Assembly: GCA_913048125.1 (NCBI GenBank)
Contig: CAJWWL010000003.1
Coordinates: forward strand, 1-36,988
Reading direction: 5' to 3'
Length of the DNA stretch: 36,988 nt
From: an uncultured Opitutia bacterium
Lineage (GTDB): Bacteria; Verrucomicrobiota; Verrucomicrobiia; Opitutales; JABJCN01
Position 1 is the stretch's first letter; each line of letters begins with the position of its first letter. Below the pieces are notes generated by a model. It saw only the letters and a list, made by a program, of their open reading frames with translations. It was not told the origin of the DNA and made no database searches. The position numbers and the translations under genes are program-made. Below are positions 35,231 through 36,988 of the stretch, one piece after another.

Positions 35231-36826
35231 ATGAGCCGATTTAACATATCTCTTTACGTAGCATTTAAATTCTTGCTGATAGCAACGACGACAATAAATG
35301 CCGCTCATACCAGTCTCCCTGAAAAGCCCAATTTTATCTTCGTCATGACCGACGATCAGGGCTATGCTCCCATTGGTGCACATGGGCATCCTTGGATCCG
35401 GACACCCAACCTCGATAGAATGCATGGCGATTCGATTCGATTCGACCGATTCATGGTGGGTTCGACTTGTGCGCCGAGTCGTGCTGGATTGATGGCGGGA
35501 GACTACAGTATTCGTAATGGTGTAACCCATACCATCTATGAACGCGAAAGACTACGTCTCGAAGCAATAACACTTCCTGAGATTCTCAAGAAGGCTGGAT
35601 ACCTCAACGGTTACTTCGGTAAATGGCACCTCGGTGATGAGGACCCTTATCAGCCGGAGAATCGTGGGTTTGATGAGAGCTTTATTCATGGAGCCGGTGG
35701 TATCGGTCAGAAGTTTCCTGGTTCATGTGCAGACGTGCCTGGAAACACATACTTTGATCCCGTCTTTCGACACAACGGCAAATTTGTTAAAACAAAGGGC
35801 TACTGCACAGATGTGCTTTTTAAAGCGACTTTGGGATGGATCAAATCCGTCAAGGACAAGAAGCAACCATTTTTCGCATATCTCTCACCAAATGCACCAC
35901 ACAGCCCCTTCATCGCACCTCCGGAATACCAAAAGTATTACGAGGATCTTGGTTTCGGAAGTAAGCCTGCTGGATTCTACGGTATGATTGAGCACATCGA
36001 CATGAACATTGGCGTCTTGATGGACAAGCTCGAGGAATGGAAATTACTGGAGAGTACGGTAGTGATCTTCACTTCAGATAACGGTATGACTCGAGGCGGT
36101 TCTGGTCTCATTGGTTTTGAAGGCCAACCCCAGGTCGAACTTGGTCGAAAACAAGACGGTTCCGTCATGATGTCCTACAATGCAGGCATGAAAGGCTTAA
36201 AGGGAACTGCTCATGAAGGCGGAGTGCGCGTACCCTTTTTTGTGAAGTGGAAAGGGCAGATCAATAGAGGTGAGACTCGCGAACAGGTGGCGAGTTACCT
36301 CGATGTCCTTCCAACTCTCGCAGATTTGGCTGGTTCACCGATTCCGCTCCGCCAAAAGTTTAAAGGTCGCAGTCTGGTTCCACTGTTATTTGACGCAAAT
36401 TCCGAATGGGAAGAGCGATATCTCTTTGAGCACGTCACTCGTTGGCCACACAAGGCTAACCCTGATGATTACAAATGGCAGAAGTACTCGGTTCGAAGTC
36501 ATCGCTTTCGGTTGGTCGAAGATGCGCTTTATGATATGAAAAACGATCCTGGACAAAATAAGGACGTAAGTACGCAATTTCCCGAAATTGCAAAACGGAT
36601 GAAGGATGCCTACGAGAAGTTTTGGAACGAGGCTAGACCACTCATGGTTAACGAAGACGTCCCCCTTGCTGAGCTTCGTCCTTATCATTTTAATTATTTC
36701 AAGCAGGAGAAAGCTGAAGGTATACCTTTGTGGCAGGAACCTGTAATAACCATGCCTTCCTCCTACGTTCCAACTACCTACCCGGAGAAGCTACCTGAGA
36801 AGAAGAAAAGAAGACTACGCAAATAG
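35231..36826 (+). CDS. Secreted Cys-type arylsulfatase (S1 family)
   Basis: Signal peptide; KPNFIFVMTDDQG, CAPSRAGLM, GKWHLG, RGFD, PHSP, SDNG, GLKG..HEGGVRVPF. Confidence 0.92.
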   Translation: MSRFNISLYVAFKFLLIATTTINAAHTSLPEKPNFIFVMTDDQGYAPIGAHGHPWIRTPNLDRMHGDSIRFDRFMVGSTCAPSRAGLMAGDYSIRNGVTHTIYERERLRLEAITLPEILKKAGYLNGYFGKWHLGDEDPYQPENRGFDESFIHGAGGIGQKFPGSCADVPGNTYFDPVFRHNGKFVKTKGYCTDVLFKATLGWIKSVKDKKQPFFAYLSPNAPHSPFIAPPEYQKYYEDLGFGSKPAGFYGMIEHIDMNIGVLMDKLEEWKLLESTVVIFTSDNGMTRGGSGLIGFEGQPQVELGRKQDGSVMMSYNAGMKGLKGTAHEGGVRVPFFVKWKGQINRGETREQVASYLDVLPTLADLAGSPIPLRQKFKGRSLVPLLFDANSEWEERYLFEHVTRWPHKANPDDYKWQKYSVRSHRFRLVEDALYDMKNDPGQNKDVSTQFPEIAKRMKDAYEKFWNEARPLMVNEDVPLAELRPYHFNYFKQEKAEGIPLWQEPVITMPSSYVPTTYPEKLPEKKKRRLRK

Positions 36827-36988
36827 TTCTCTAATATTCACTTTCAATTAATCACTATCACTCTTCGAAGATTATTATCGCTTTTGATATACTCTTCTAC
36901 TGTCCTGAAACGCAGCAAAGACCACTACTGTAGTGTTTGTGCGGTCCATTTGGAAGCCTACGAATAAAGCCATGATTCGTATCGAAAA

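Noticed and set aside
36827-36988. Right-edge sequence with a TACGAAT/ATTCGTA inverted repeat and short open minus-strand frames
   Set aside because: Too little context to distinguish a gene end from intergenic DNA.
1-36988. CRISPR arrays, tRNA/rRNA, transposases, integrases, defence systems
   Set aside because: Intergenic gaps are all under 200 nt with no regular repeats. No nuclease, recombinase, E2 or JAB genes were found, so the ubiquitin-like/E1 genes do not look like CBASS or Bil-type defence.

Overview
Gene-dense bacterial window with 24 credible CDSs plus one partial CDS at the left edge. The gene content (two DUF1501 genes, PSCyt1/DUF1549/DUF1553 cytochromes, a PVC-type heme-binding dehydrogenase, two sulfatases) points to the PVC superphylum (Verrucomicrobia/Planctomycetes); this is an inference. 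Left to right: (1) esterase, hydroxyproline epimerase and D-amino-acid dehydrogenase; (2) DUF4399 and a heme c/F5-8C dehydrogenase; (3) two divergently oriented, domain-shuffled paralogous DUF1501 + PPC + cytochrome c/WD40/Ig/DUF1549-DUF1553 modules flanking three putative acid-sugar catabolic genes; (4) a tightly coupled 8-gene operon: tandem Cys-rich ModA, ModB with a large inserted domain, TOBE-less ModC, MoaD/ThiS-like GG protein, degenerate HesA-like E1, MoeB-rhodanese, orphan TctA and a cytoplasmic sulfatase; (5) a secreted arylsulfatase. The best candidate for an undescribed system is the modified oxyanion importer plus ubiquitin-like sulfur relay, which has no molybdopterin, thiamine or cysteine acceptor enzyme in the window and sits directly behind a Tat-exported DUF1501/multi-heme module. 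No rRNA, tRNA, CRISPR array or mobile element was seen. Family calls come from motif recognition by eye, not database searches.
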